From the NCBI GenBank assembly GCA_963835065.1, contig CAWIEK010000068.1, forward strand, positions 1 to 64,000: a DNA stretch of 64,000 nt, given 5' to 3'. The position numbers and the translations under genes were made by a program. The stretch comes from an uncultured Chthonomonadaceae bacterium (GTDB taxonomy: Bacteria > Armatimonadota > Chthonomonadetes > Chthonomonadales > Chthonomonadaceae). How positions within the stretch are numbered: position 1 is the stretch's first letter; every line of letters starts with the position of its first letter. Below the pieces are notes generated by a model that was given only the letters and a program-made list of their open reading frames with translations, did not search any database and was not told the origin of the DNA. Below, one piece after another: positions 49,692 to 60,358 of this stretch.

Positions 49692-52370
49692 TTATAACGT
49701 GGTTGTAGCGTTAATCTGCCGCTTACGGATAAGAACGGATGCTGATTTTTCCTGTGTTGTTGGCGTTGGGGGCGGCGGCAATTGGAGGCGCAGCGCTTTT
49801 TGCACCAGTTCGGGACGCTGGAACTCTTTGGCGTAGTTGTCGCCGGTTTTCAGTTCGCCGCCCACGTTCCAGCGCAGGTAGGAAGCGATGTTGGCGGAGC
49901 CGTCGTAATGGCCCGCAGCGGTTTGCGCGATCCAGGCGAAGGGACGCGCGGCGAGGGCTTTGTCGTCCGGTGTGGCTGCGCCCGGTTTCTGCTCGTCGGG
50001 CGTGAGCGCGGGGAAGGCCGTCAGGCTTGCCAGCAGCGTTCCCGCGCGCGGGTCATGGATGACGAGCGATTCACCCGATGCCGTGAGCGGACGCCGGAAC
50101 GCGGACGGCAGGATGGCTAACTGCTCCAGCGACGTAATTGCAACCCGCTTGCCGACTGCAATATCCCATATAATAACCTGATTGCTTGTCGTTCGCGCGG
50201 CAAACCATTTGCTGTCATTGGAAAACGTCAGGCCGGAGGGATTGAAATTGTAATCCTGCGTGGCTTCGCTGTTGGGCGTTACCCCGGTTAAGATGCCCAC
50301 GATCTGCCCCGATTGGACGTTCCAGATACGCATTTTTTGCACCCCCCGCGTCAGGATGTATTTGGCGTCGGGGGAAAGCGTGATGCCGAACAGGTACTCC
50401 CCGTCCGTAATCTTCAAGTTGGATTTCAGCGCGCCTGTCGTCACGTCGTAAAACTGCACTTCGCGGTCCAGCATCGCCGCCAAAGTGGTCCCGTCCGCCG
50501 ACAAATGGATGCCGTCCTGGTAGCGTCCCGGCGCAACCGTCGCCCGCAACTGCCCGCCCGGCACGTCGTACAATTGAATCGCGCTGTTGTTCAGGACGAG
50601 AAACGTTTTGTTGTCGGGCGTGAAGCGGGCGATGCGTTCGCGCTCCAGTCCCGTGTTGTTGAACTGGCAGTTCAAGGTTCCGACAATCGTTCCCGTCGCC
50701 ACATCCACGAGAGATGTTTTTTCGCCGCTCACGGCCAGCAGTTTGCCGTCGGGCGAGAAGATGATGCGATTAGCGTTGGTGGTTCCATTCACGTTGGGCG
50801 AGTACAAGCGCCTCTTTTGCCTGGTTTGCAGGTCGTACACATCCACGCTGCCGCTGTGGGGAACCACAAACGCAAGGGTTTTGCCGTCCGGCGCGAACAC
50901 AGGTTCGGTTTGCAGATAGCGGTCGCGCGGCCCATACTGCTCATTGGTTTGGAAGTTGTCGCGCAATTGCCCCGTCAGCGTGTCCCAGATTTGCAGGTAG
51001 CCGTTGAAGGCAACACCGGCGGCGAGCGCTCCATCCGGCGAGTACGAAAAATAGTACAGCGCGCTGGACGCCTGGAACGCGGCAACCTGCTTCCCGCTCT
51101 GGCTGTTCCACACGCGCAGTCCACCGTCGCCGTCGCCGCCCACGAGCAGGGGATCGTTGGGCGCGAACAGCAGCATGTCCGTTTCCCCGCCCCCCTCGGT
51201 CATCACGCGCGGCTTGCCCGTCGCCACATCCCACAACTGAACGCCCTTCTGGTTTTCGTGCCAGTTGGGAGCGACGACGGCCAGCGTTTGCCCCGTTCGG
51301 TCAAAGCGCAGGGCGCGAACGCTGATTTCCGGCTTGCCCGGCAGGGTTGCCAGGCGCTTGCCGGTCGCCACGTCCCACACAAACACATCGCTCGGCGCTT
51401 CCTTGCTGCTTCTGTTGCTCCCTGTCGCCAGTTTCTTGCCGTCCGGCGAAAAGGCCAGGGACGTGACGGGCGAAGTATTGCCCTTCAGGGGTGGCAGCAG
51501 TTTGCCCGTTTTCAAATTCCATGCCCGCGCCCCGCTGTCGTTGTTGGCAAGGGCAAGCGCGGAGCTGTCCGGCGCAAACACAACGTCGGCGTTGTAGCCC
51601 TGATCGGAGCGGAGTTCAAACGGCTGGAGCGTCAATTTGGAAAGACCGGTTTCCGCGTCCACCAGTTGAAACGTCACCAATTTATACCGCCGGGGCGAGT
51701 TTGCGCCGTTGTTGTCGGTATCAATCTCTTCCTGCTCCTCGCGCTGAAACAGCAGGGTCTTGCCGTCGGGCAGAAACGCGAGCGGGCGTCCGTACTTTTG
51801 CTGTGTTTCCGGCTTCCACGCATGGGTGTCGGTCAGCGTACCCGTCCGCATGTCCCACATCTGCACCTGATTTTGGAACGTGTACGTCGTGACCATGTCG
51901 CCGCTGACGGCAAACGTGGCGTAACTGGAAGGCATGACCTGCGTTTGGCCTATCGGCTGCCCCGTTTCGGTGTTCCAAAAGCGCAATTGCCCGGAACTTT
52001 GCGTTACCAGCGTCTTGCCGCCGGCGGCAAACGCAATGCGCGAAACAGGCGCGCCCTGCGCCAGATTCAGCAGCAGTTGCCCGCTTTTGAGGTCCCACAA
52101 CCGCGCCGTGCCGTCCTGGCTGGCCGTTGCCAGCAGCGCTTTCCCCGGCGCAAAGACCATACTCAAAATGCGGTTCGAATGGCCTTGCTGGAGGACGGGG
52201 AGGGGGTTGGGAGTTGATAGTTGATAGTTGATAGTTGATAGTTGGCCGCTCGTTGCTTGCGCGACTATCGTTTGTCCTTTATTCCGGTTTTCGGCGTATT
52301 GCGCGAATGCCCTCTGAGTATTGGGCAAAAGCATTGTCATCATCAGCCATGCGTATTGTTGTCTCATCAT
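49692..52370 (-). CDS. Secreted WD40-repeat protein
   Basis: Signal-like N-terminus; many FSPDG/WD repeats. Confidence 0.9.
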   Translation of the reverse strand: MMRQQYAWLMMTMLLPNTQRAFAQYAENRNKGQTIVAQATSGQLSTINYQLSTPNPLPVLQQGHSNRILSMVFAPGKALLATASQDGTARLWDLKSGQLLLNLAQGAPVSRIAFAAGGKTLVTQSSGQLRFWNTETGQPIGQTQVMPSSYATFAVSGDMVTTYTFQNQVQMWDMRTGTLTDTHAWKPETQQKYGRPLAFLPDGKTLLFQREEQEEIDTDNNGANSPRRYKLVTFQLVDAETGLSKLTLQPFELRSDQGYNADVVFAPDSSALALANNDSGARAWNLKTGKLLPPLKGNTSPVTSLAFSPDGKKLATGSNRSSKEAPSDVFVWDVATGKRLATLPGKPEISVRALRFDRTGQTLAVVAPNWHENQKGVQLWDVATGKPRVMTEGGGETDMLLFAPNDPLLVGGDGDGGLRVWNSQSGKQVAAFQASSALYYFSYSPDGALAAGVAFNGYLQIWDTLTGQLRDNFQTNEQYGPRDRYLQTEPVFAPDGKTLAFVVPHSGSVDVYDLQTRQKRRLYSPNVNGTTNANRIIFSPDGKLLAVSGEKTSLVDVATGTIVGTLNCQFNNTGLERERIARFTPDNKTFLVLNNSAIQLYDVPGGQLRATVAPGRYQDGIHLSADGTTLAAMLDREVQFYDVTTGALKSNLKITDGEYLFGITLSPDAKYILTRGVQKMRIWNVQSGQIVGILTGVTPNSEATQDYNFNPSGLTFSNDSKWFAARTTSNQVIIWDIAVGKRVAITSLEQLAILPSAFRRPLTASGESLVIHDPRAGTLLASLTAFPALTPDEQKPGAATPDDKALAARPFAWIAQTAAGHYDGSANIASYLRWNVGGELKTGDNYAKEFQRPELVQKALRLQLPPPPTPTTQEKSASVLIRKRQINATTTL

Positions 52371-52411
52371 AATTCCTCGTCCTATCAACTATCAACTTTT
52401 TACTATCAACT
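52213..52411. repeat. GTTGATA/CTATCAA inverted heptamer tracts; one arm lies inside the WD40 CDS
   Basis: (GTTGATA)4 near 52213-52242, CTATCAA tract near 52382-52411. Confidence 0.8.
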
Positions 52412-53430
52412 ACAATGCCTCATTCTCTTCCTTCGGCGGGCGCAGCATCAGGGCGCGAATTACGTCCGGGCGCGTGGCGTCCCTCGAAGAGAATACGGTA
52501 CAGGGCGGCGCACAGGGGCATTTCGATTGCAGTGCGCGCGGCCAATTCGCACAAGACGCGGGTTGTCGGGACGCCCTCGGCCACCTGTCCCAATTCGGCC
52601 AGAATAGCGTCCAATTGCCGGCCCTGTCCCAGAGCATGGCCTACGCGGTAATTGCGCGATAGGTGGCTGGCCCCGGTTGCCACCAGATCGCCGAAGCCGG
52701 ACAGGCCGCGAAATGTTTCCGCCTGCGCGCCCTGCGCCACGCCCAATCGAATGGCTTCCGTCAGGCCCCGCGTCATCAGAGCGGCTTTGGAATTGTCGCC
52801 AAACCCCAGCCCGTCGCACACGCCCGCGCCAATCGCAATCACGTTTTTAATCGCGCCGCCGAGTTCCACGCCGATAACGTCCTGCCCGGTGTACACGCGA
52901 AAGGTCGGCGCGGCCTGCTGCGAAAACAAGCGCTGCGCCCGTCTTGCGGCTTCCTTATTTATAGACGCGGCGACACTGGCGGATGGCATCCCCTGCGCCA
53001 CTTCAATCGCTAAATTCGGGCCGGAAAGCGCGACGATGCGTTCGGGCGCGTCGGGCAGAACTTCGGCAAGAACCTGACTCATGCGCAGTCCCGTGCCTTC
53101 TTCCAGCCCTTTGGCGGCGGAAAGCAGCAGGGCGTGGGGCGGCAAAAAACCGCGCGCCTGCTCCGCAATGCCGCGCATGGCTCCACTGGGCACGGCGAAA
53201 ACAACGGCTTCCACATTATGGCAGGCTTCGGCAAGATCGGCAACAGGCGTAATCGCCTCGTCAAGCCGAAAGCCGGGCAGGTACGCGCGGTTTTCACGCG
53301 CGGCTTGCAGCAGTGCGATGAGGGCGGGACTGCGCGCCCACAGCCGTACCTGCTGCCGATTGGCAGCCAGCAGAACCGCAAGCGCCGTGCCCCAACTCCC
53401 CGCGCCCAGCACGGCGACCGGCGCGGAAAT
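52410..53430 (-). CDS. gpsA: NAD(P)H-dependent glycerol-3-phosphate dehydrogenase (apparent frameshift near 3' end; start uncertain)
   Basis: VLGAGSWGTALA, LSGPNLA, GGAIKNVIAI, GDLVAT..SRN, AEGV; tail DVIRALMLRPPKEE in another frame after a C-run. Confidence 0.93.
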
Positions 53431-53675
53431 CAGGCTGGTTGTTGGTATGTTAGTCTCTGTTTTGATACGTTTGTTCCGGTACGTTTTGCGGCTACATTCA
53501 GGGATACGCTTCTTCCTGTGGCAAATTCGCTATTGTGGAACGCGACTCCTGCACAATGTTGCTTTTATAACCTGTCCGGTTCGCGGTACACGTTCAATGT
53601 TATGTTGAATATGCCATAATCATAAATCATGCGCGGTTGCCGCAAAGGAAGACGTTTAGCCTGGAGAAAGTCACA

Positions 53676-53870
53676 ATGGATGCCGCTGTCAAAGCCCGGT
53701 TAGAGGCCGCCGGATTTCGGGAAACGACGGTTCAGGAACTTCTCGGTCTGACGCCGGAAGAAAACGAACTGGTTGAAACGCGCCAATGCGAGGCGCGTTT
53801 GATTCGAGAATTACGTCAGACGCATCATCTAACTCAAGAAGCGTTAGCGAAGCGTTTAGGCTCAGATTAA
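53676..53870 (+). pseudogene. XRE/HigA-like antitoxin truncated inside the HTH
   Basis: LEAAGF..TVQELLGLTPEE..LTQEALAKRLGSD* stops before the recognition helix, at the end of element copy 4. Confidence 0.65.
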
Positions 53871-54240
53871 GGCAATGTCTCCAAAACGGAGAAATATGTA
53901 GAGTCATCGTCGAAATCTTGGCAATACAGCGCTTCCAGCCCGATGTCTCGTTGTGTCAAATTGTAGGAGTGAGGCGTCGTGACCTCGCAAAGCGTCAGGG
54001 CGCACGGGAGGGGTGAAACATAGGCCTGCACCTCCCTTCTGGGTTAGGGTTCTAGGGTTTTAGGTTGTTAGTTGTTAGGTTGTTAGTTGATAGGAACTGC
54101 GAACGTTCAGCCTTTGTGTCTGGATAGTAGACACTTGTGCTATTTAGACAGGAGGAATGGGGAAAAGGTTCGCTGTTTTCGGATTGTTTGGCTATTTTTT
54201 TCTGCTTCTTTTTTGGTGTGATTTTTTGCGGGAGGGTTGC
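53871..54240 (-). ncRNA. Dispersed structured RNA/micro-ORF element, copy 4
   Basis: Minus-strand GAACCT 54171-54166, N16, GTCTAA 54149-54144; micro-ORF 54021-53995 MFHPSRAP*; identical 53-nt core; heptamer-expanded insert. Confidence 0.65.
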
Positions 54241-54429
54241 TGGGGGATGATGGGTACGACAATCGTGAGCAATTATGTAAAGTTTTTAAGATGCGTTAGC
54301 CCTGTTCCGGTTCGCGGCCTGCTTGACTCTGCTTGCAGGATTAGGTAGACTACGGTATATTACAAACAACATCGTTGTGTACAGTAGAAAGCGAGTGCAG
54401 TCGGTACGAAAGTCTGCTCCGAAGAACAA

Positions 54430-54642
54430 AGTGTTTTTGCTATGTCCTTCTCGGCTCCGTCGAGTGGACGCCCGGCTAAGAACCTTTGTTTGTGCCGCAG
54501 GAACCGTTGGCCGTGACCGCATGACCATCTGTACACAAGGGAATAGGTTTGCAACACAATTACAAACAGACTTTCCACAGGGCGGTGTGGAATCAGCGCA
54601 AGACTGTAGAAGCCCCGGCGTTTACGCCTGGGGAGCCGTCAC
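54430..54642 (+). mobile_element. IS200/IS605 (tnpB)-type right-end relic
   Basis: AGAAGCCCCGGCGTTTACGCCTGGGGAGCCGTCAC at 54608-54642; upstream degenerate RTFVC..G...RD resembles a TnpB Zn-finger tail. Confidence 0.55.
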
Positions 54643-54679
54643 AATTTGAAAGCGGAACAGAACTCAGGAGAACATTCCC

Positions 54680-55811
54680 ATGCACACTCGGCTCAACCGA
54701 CAACTCTTACTGAATGTGGCAGGCGCTGCTGCCGTGCTGTTCCTCAGCGCAAGCCTGCCTTCCCTCGCGCAGCGTCCCGGTGGCGGGCAGGGACGCGCCG
54801 GGGGCGCGAACGGCGCAAATGGCGCGAATGGTCCCGGCGCGGCGTTCGGCGGCATGATGAACACCCCGATGGGCGCGCAGATGGGCGAGATGCTCAACAA
54901 AATGCGCCAGACGCGCGCTTTTGTGGACCCCGGCGTCAGCAATACGTCCAACCTGCTGACCCGCTCCGATGTGCGCAACGAACTGGTCCTCAATGGGCGT
55001 CAGACCGAAGCCATTGCCGCGCTGTCCAGCGGCTACCCCGCCGCCATGATGCAGGGCATAATGACAACCGTAATCAGCAGTATGCAGAAAATGCAGCAGG
55101 ATGGCGTCAATATGGATTTCCGCACTATGACGCCGGACGACCGTCAGCAGATGTTTACGCAGATGCGCGACAAGGCAACGGAAAGCATGTTTGCGGTGCA
55201 GGCCGACCAGGACAAGAAGGCGGAAGCGTCCCTGACACCCGCGCAGCTTAAGCGGCTGCATGAGTTAGACTTGCAGTGGCGCGGCCCGCTCGCCTTGACC
55301 GAGGAAAAACTGGCGGACAAAGTGAATTTAACGTCCGAACAGCGCGCGAAAGTTTACGGCTCTCCTAAAAGAATTGCGGGATGCGCGCATGAAGGCGCAG
55401 ATGGGCATGTTCAGTCCGGGCGGCGGCTTCCCCGGCGCTCCGGGCGCAGGCGGCAGGGGCGCCCCCACCGGCAAACCGAACGGCGCAGCCGGCGCAAAGG
55501 ACGCGAATCCTCCCGGTAAGACCAGTGACGCAGGCGCTCCGAACGGCGCGGGCAATCCTCCCGCTAAACCCGCCACTCCCGGCGCAGACCCGAACGCGGA
55601 AATCAACGCCGCGCTCAACGCTCCCGGAGCCGGAAACTTCACCCCGCCCTCGCCGGAACAAATTCAGCGCGCGACGGATGAGGCGAGCAAGCAAAGCGAA
55701 GCCCTGCTCAAAGCGATGGATAAAAAAGGGTTGCTCCTCCTCACGCCCGAACAGCAGACGCAATGGAAACTCCTGCAAGGCAAGCCGTTCACCTTCCGCC
55801 AATACCTGTAG
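54680..55811 (+). CDS. Secreted Spy/CpxP-like LTxxQ-motif protein (apparent frameshift near 55360)
   Basis: Signal peptide; LTPAQ, LTSEQ, LTPEQ motifs across two overlapping frames. Confidence 0.7.
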
Positions 55812-55892
55812 GAAGAGATGCGTGAAACTCTCCCGGGGGCTGCTTCCGCCCACGTCAAGCGGCCCCAGGAACCTATAAGAGAAGGAGACGCG

Positions 55893-56333
55893 ATGGATCG
55901 CAGCGAGATGCTCACGCTTTGGAACGACATGGGGAGTGAAGGCAATTGGGTTCCCTCGTGGCCGGATAGCCTGGCGGGAGTGACGGCGCAGGAAGCGCTG
56001 TGGACGCCGCATCCCGGTTGCCATTGCATCTGGCAAGAAGTGGTACATGCGACCTTTTGGCGACAGGTGACGCTGGCGCGTATGGAAGGTGGCACACCGC
56101 CTAGCGAGCCGGAAATTGAGGCGCAGCAATTCGCCCTGCCTGCGCAAACCGGCGAGGCAGAATGGGCCACAGCGGTTGCCGCCTTGCAGCAGACGCAGGG
56201 AGCGATAGCCGCCGCCATTGAAGACGAAACCAAAGATGTGGAGCGCATCCCGTACCACCTGATCCACGACGCCTACCATTTAGGCCGGATCACGCAACTG
56301 CGCATGATGCAGGGGAACGCGCCCAAATTCTAG
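55893..56333 (+). CDS. DinB-family protein
   Basis: VTAQEALW.P..HCIWQEVVH, HDAYHLGRI. Confidence 0.85.
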   Translation: MDRSEMLTLWNDMGSEGNWVPSWPDSLAGVTAQEALWTPHPGCHCIWQEVVHATFWRQVTLARMEGGTPPSEPEIEAQQFALPAQTGEAEWATAVAALQQTQGAIAAAIEDETKDVERIPYHLIHDAYHLGRITQLRMMQGNAPKF

Positions 56334-56488
56334 CCCAAGTGTCTATTTATAAGCAGACAAGCATAAGAACTTCTGAACTAATCCCCGCTTGTCTGCCGTC
56401 TCTACATTGAACCCCCGCTTGCAATACCGCAAGCCCCGTTCCTGATTGCTTCCTGAACAACTTTGTCCCCCCAAAGGAGTTTACAGTT

Positions 56489-57481
56489 ATGCCGTTTGGC
56501 AATCTTGCGCCTACCCCAAAATTCGTTCGCTCGCTTCGACGCGCTCTTTCTTTGCCCATTGCAGCGTTCGCGGCCTGCATTCTGCCGATGCTGCTTGTCG
56601 GCTGTGGCACCCCTGTTACGAGGACGTCTGTTCCTATAGCCATTCCGGTCACGTCAGGAACGCGCCTGCTGTTCGACTCGGAAGTGTTTGCCGCCAACGC
56701 CTTTACCAATGGAATTGACACTATTGCCCCGGATGGCAGCAATCTTCAGCGCGTCATCAATGACGACAGCGCCGTATTTCCTCGTTTCAGCGCGGATGGG
56801 ACGAAACTCGTTTATGAAGGGGGATCGGGAATTTCTTTTCTGGTCATCGCCAATGCCGATGGCTCCAATGTTTCGACAGCCCAGTCGTCCGGCGTGGCTT
56901 CCTACCCCGCGTTTCGACCCGATGGCAAGGCGCTTGTGTTTGTCAGCGGCTCCGACGAACTCTACACGCAGAACGTTGACGGCTCACAGTTTCACAAGAT
57001 TCTCACGCCCCCGGCCGGCTACGGTCTTTCGCGCCCTGTTTACACGCCGGATGGAACCCACATCGTTTATGAGCAGGACCCTAATGTTGCTACCAACGAT
57101 ACGCCCAAAGTGTATGTCATCAATGCCGATGGCAGCAATCGCCGCGCCCTCGGCCCCGATTACAGCGTTACGCCCGCTGTCAGTCCCGATGGCAAGCGCA
57201 TCGCTTACGGCGGCTATAACAACACCGGCACAACTATGGGCCTGTTCCTGATGAACGCGGACGGGACGGGGCAGCCGGCCACACTCATTCTGAGCAACGC
57301 TTCCCATCCGGTTTTCAGCCCGGACGGCACAAAAATCGCCTACCTGAAACGGCTGGACGACAGCATGGCAATCAACAGCAGTCCCACCTACGAAATTCAC
57401 ATCATCCATGTGGACGGCACGGGCGATACGCGCGTCGGCACAAAACTGGCTGTCGCAACAACGTCACTGGACTGGCGCTAA
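56489..57481 (+). CDS. TolB-like PD40 beta-propeller lipoprotein
   Basis: Lipobox LVGC; P..SPDG.KI and NADGS repeats. Confidence 0.88.
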   Translation: MPFGNLAPTPKFVRSLRRALSLPIAAFAACILPMLLVGCGTPVTRTSVPIAIPVTSGTRLLFDSEVFAANAFTNGIDTIAPDGSNLQRVINDDSAVFPRFSADGTKLVYEGGSGISFLVIANADGSNVSTAQSSGVASYPAFRPDGKALVFVSGSDELYTQNVDGSQFHKILTPPAGYGLSRPVYTPDGTHIVYEQDPNVATNDTPKVYVINADGSNRRALGPDYSVTPAVSPDGKRIAYGGYNNTGTTMGLFLMNADGTGQPATLILSNASHPVFSPDGTKIAYLKRLDDSMAINSSPTYEIHIIHVDGTGDTRVGTKLAVATTSLDWR

Positions 57482-57494
57482 GACCCACCTTAAC

Positions 57495-57546
57495 TTTTGT
57501 ATCTTGTATCTTATATCTTGTGCCTTATCCCTTATCCCTTATACCT
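57495..57546. repeat. Heptamer tandem tract overlapping the PhyH stop
   Basis: TTGTATC/CTTATCC units. Confidence 0.7.
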
Positions 57547-58376
57547 TCTGCCTTCTTCGCTCGCTCGTCTCTCGGCGTTTGTTTGATGTCGTTCCATGGA
57601 AAGCGGCGCGGTTCTTCGCTCGGCGTGGGCGGCAGGCCGAAGCCTAAGATGTAGGCGCGGCGGGGAATGTCGGAGCGGTTTGGGCCGGCGTAGTGCAGGG
57701 TGCGATTGTGGTGGATGGTGCAGCCGCCGGGTGGCAGCGGGCAGGGAACGGCGTGAGCAACGGCTGCGCCCCCATTGGTTTCCATGTCGTCAATTTCCAG
57801 GCCGTGAATGCGAACGTCGTGGTTGATGCTGTGATGCGGCAGAATGTCCAGGCGGTGGCTGCCCGGCACGAACTGCATACAGCCATTTTCGATTGTGGCG
57901 GGCTGAAGCGGCATCCACAGGCTGAACGAGTTGTAGCGCATCATCGGGTTCCAGTACGCTTCGTCCTGATGCCAGGGCGTGGCGGCGCCGATGCGGGCAG
58001 GCTTGAAAATGGCGTGTTCGCCCATCGCCTGCGCGTCCGGCCCAAGCAGTTGGCGGGCAACATGCAGCGCATTGACGCGAAACAGGCCGTTTTTCAGTTC
58101 CGGCGCGTATTTGGCAGGGTTCAAAATCTGCGGCAGGGTGGCTTCCTTGCCCTCCTCATCCGTGCCGCCCAGGTCGAACTGATTGCCTTCCTCCCGCCCG
58201 GCGCGGCTGGCAAACAAGCGGTCGTAAATGTCGCGCAGCCAGGCCACTTCGTCAGGCGTGGTAATCGCCTCCAAAATCAGGTAGCCCTCCCGATGGTAAA
58301 AATCAATCTGCTCCTGCGCCAATGTAACCGTCGGCTCCGCTGCCGCTGTGTTCTGTAAGGTTGTTGCCGTCATCAT
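57525..58376 (-). CDS. Phytanoyl-CoA dioxygenase (PhyH) family 2OG-Fe(II) oxygenase
   Basis: TPWHQD, ENGCMQFVPGSH, TLHYAGPN..RRA. Confidence 0.93.
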   Translation of the reverse strand: MMTATTLQNTAAAEPTVTLAQEQIDFYHREGYLILEAITTPDEVAWLRDIYDRLFASRAGREEGNQFDLGGTDEEGKEATLPQILNPAKYAPELKNGLFRVNALHVARQLLGPDAQAMGEHAIFKPARIGAATPWHQDEAYWNPMMRYNSFSLWMPLQPATIENGCMQFVPGSHRLDILPHHSINHDVRIHGLEIDDMETNGGAAVAHAVPCPLPPGGCTIHHNRTLHYAGPNRSDIPRRAYILGFGLPPTPSEEPRRFPWNDIKQTPRDERAKKAEGIRDKG

Positions 58377-58651
58377 GCCTCCTGATCTCGCAATTTCGTC
58401 TTCCGCGTCACCATACCCTGCTTGATTGTAGCCTGTACAGCCTATCTCCGAGCAGTGTACCTTCTATGTACCGGTTTCAGACACATTCTGAGACGTGAAT
58501 GTGAGACGCGATAAGATTGAAACCGCTCCTCATCGTCTGACGTATCAATTCCAGAATTTAATTTTCTGTCTGTGTTGATACTAAAACTTGCGCATTCATA
58601 AATACGCAGGCGCTTTCCTCAAACCAGATATGCCGAAAGAGAGATTGTACC

Positions 58652-59197
58652 ATGCGTCACCATCGTTTTCTGTTCGTCCTTGCCGTATTTGTCATTGTCA
58701 ACATAGCGGGCTGGTTTGTGGCTGCCCTTTATCTCAAAAAGCAAGTGTTTGCCGACCTGAGAGGGCCGTACACAACTCTGTTCAATACCATCTTTCCGTT
58801 TGACTCGGTGGATGCGGGACCGCGTTCCCGCTTTGTGCAGACGGATTGGGTCTTCCCAAAAGATGCGCCTGTGGTTGGCCCGAACGGAGAAACCCGCATG
58901 TCCCTGACGACGGACGGGCGTACCGTCAGCGTCAGCGTCCGTAAAGGCACGATGTACTACCACACGCCGCTTTCTTTTGAGCAGGTGTGCAGCCTGTATC
59001 GCCAGAAACCGTCCGTAGAGGAAAACCGCAATGCCTTTGAGGGCGTTGCCACCGACTCCAACCAACATGCCGTTTTTGTCTGCTATGGAAGCCGCTACAA
59101 CATCTTCCTTCTTGTCACGCATATTCCCGCAAGTCCGATGACCAACGTGACGATTGACTATCGCGCCATTGACGTAGAGGGGCTGCCAGCGCGCTGA
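58652..59197 (+). CDS. Hypothetical membrane-anchored protein
   Basis: N-terminal hydrophobic helix, 181 aa. Confidence 0.6.
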   Translation: MRHHRFLFVLAVFVIVNIAGWFVAALYLKKQVFADLRGPYTTLFNTIFPFDSVDAGPRSRFVQTDWVFPKDAPVVGPNGETRMSLTTDGRTVSVSVRKGTMYYHTPLSFEQVCSLYRQKPSVEENRNAFEGVATDSNQHAVFVCYGSRYNIFLLVTHIPASPMTNVTIDYRAIDVEGLPAR

Positions 59198-59405
59198 TAA
59201 GCCGAAACCTTTCTACAGCGCGGCTTCACTTCTTGTGCCGTTGCGCGCGGCAGCAGGCAATTTCGGGAACATTTGCCATTTCTGTTCAGTTATACACTCG
59301 TAACCAGTAACAGGGGTAACTCTGTGTCTGGTGCAGCGCCTTTTCTTTTGCAGGTGTTTGGTGTGAAACAGACGGGTTCCAGGAGTTCACAAGGAGTTTA
59401 CGACA

Positions 59406-60032
59406 ATGAAGTATGCTATGAAGACCTCGCTGTATGTGACTGCCGCCGCGCTCGTGACATTGAGCGGTCTCGCGGTTGCCCAGGATAAGATGGGCAAGAT
59501 GGACAAGGGCGATAAGATGGGCAAAGCGGGAAGCGGCACGGTCAGCGCCCAGGACAAGATGTTTATGCAGCATGGCGGAGAATTCTAATATCGCCGAAAT
59601 CAAAACCAGCCAGGTTGCGCTTACAAAAGCCACCAAACAGCCCCTCAAAGATTTCGGGCAAAAGATGATTGATGACCATACCACCGCGGAAAACGACTTG
59701 AAGACGCTTGCCGGGAGCAAGAGCGTGACACTGCGGGGCGATACCGAACCTGACAAACAAAGCGGCCCTTGCCAAACTGATGAAGCTCAGTGGCGCGGCT
59801 TTCGACGCCAGCTACACCAAAGTGCAGAAAACCGGCCACGACAAAACCATTCTCGCGTTCCAGAAAGAAATCAGCAGCGGTAAGGACGCGGATGTGAAAG
59901 CCTACGCGCAGAAAGTACCTGCCCGCCATTCAGGAACATGATAAGATGATCATGGACATGAAGGCTACGGGTAAAATGGACAAGATGGGTAAGATGGGTA
60001 AGATGGATAAAATGGGCAACGGCAAAATGTAG
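59406..60032 (+). CDS. DUF4142-type secreted protein with Met/Lys/Asp-rich repeats (split by frameshifts)
   Basis: Signal peptide, SAQDKMFM, NIAEIKTSQVAL, FGQKMIDDH, MDKMGK repeats in successive frames. Confidence 0.75.
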
Positions 60033-60358
60033 ATTCTCTTCTACACTCGGCTTGTGCTTCCATGCCGGTTCTGTCCTTTTTAGCAACGCAAAATGCCCTT
60101 TCTTCAAACTGATAATTGGAGAGAGGGCATTTGTCGCGTCGGCTCCTGATGAACTCATTTCCGTCTGTGAATTTTTTCACACGCTGAACTTTTGTTAAAA
60201 TTTGTCTGTTTAACCGGCAGGAATAACCGTCATGCGGGTAGAATACCTCGCCTGCATGTTAGCGCAACGTAATGGTTGCTAATTCCATGCGCAAAACATC
60301 CGGCGCGGTAAGCAAGAAGACACCGGAGGACAATTCTTGACAAGGAGAACGTGAGCAA

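Noticed and set aside
50313..52217. 634-aa plus-strand ORF and other long antisense ORFs (e.g. 60230-61693, 40530-41600, 36672-37763)
   Set aside because: Shadow frames of well-supported genes in GC-rich DNA, with no recognisable motifs.
58519..58546. TGAAAC-N17-CGTA SigW-like promoter
   Set aside because: Single occurrence with non-canonical spacing; insufficient support.
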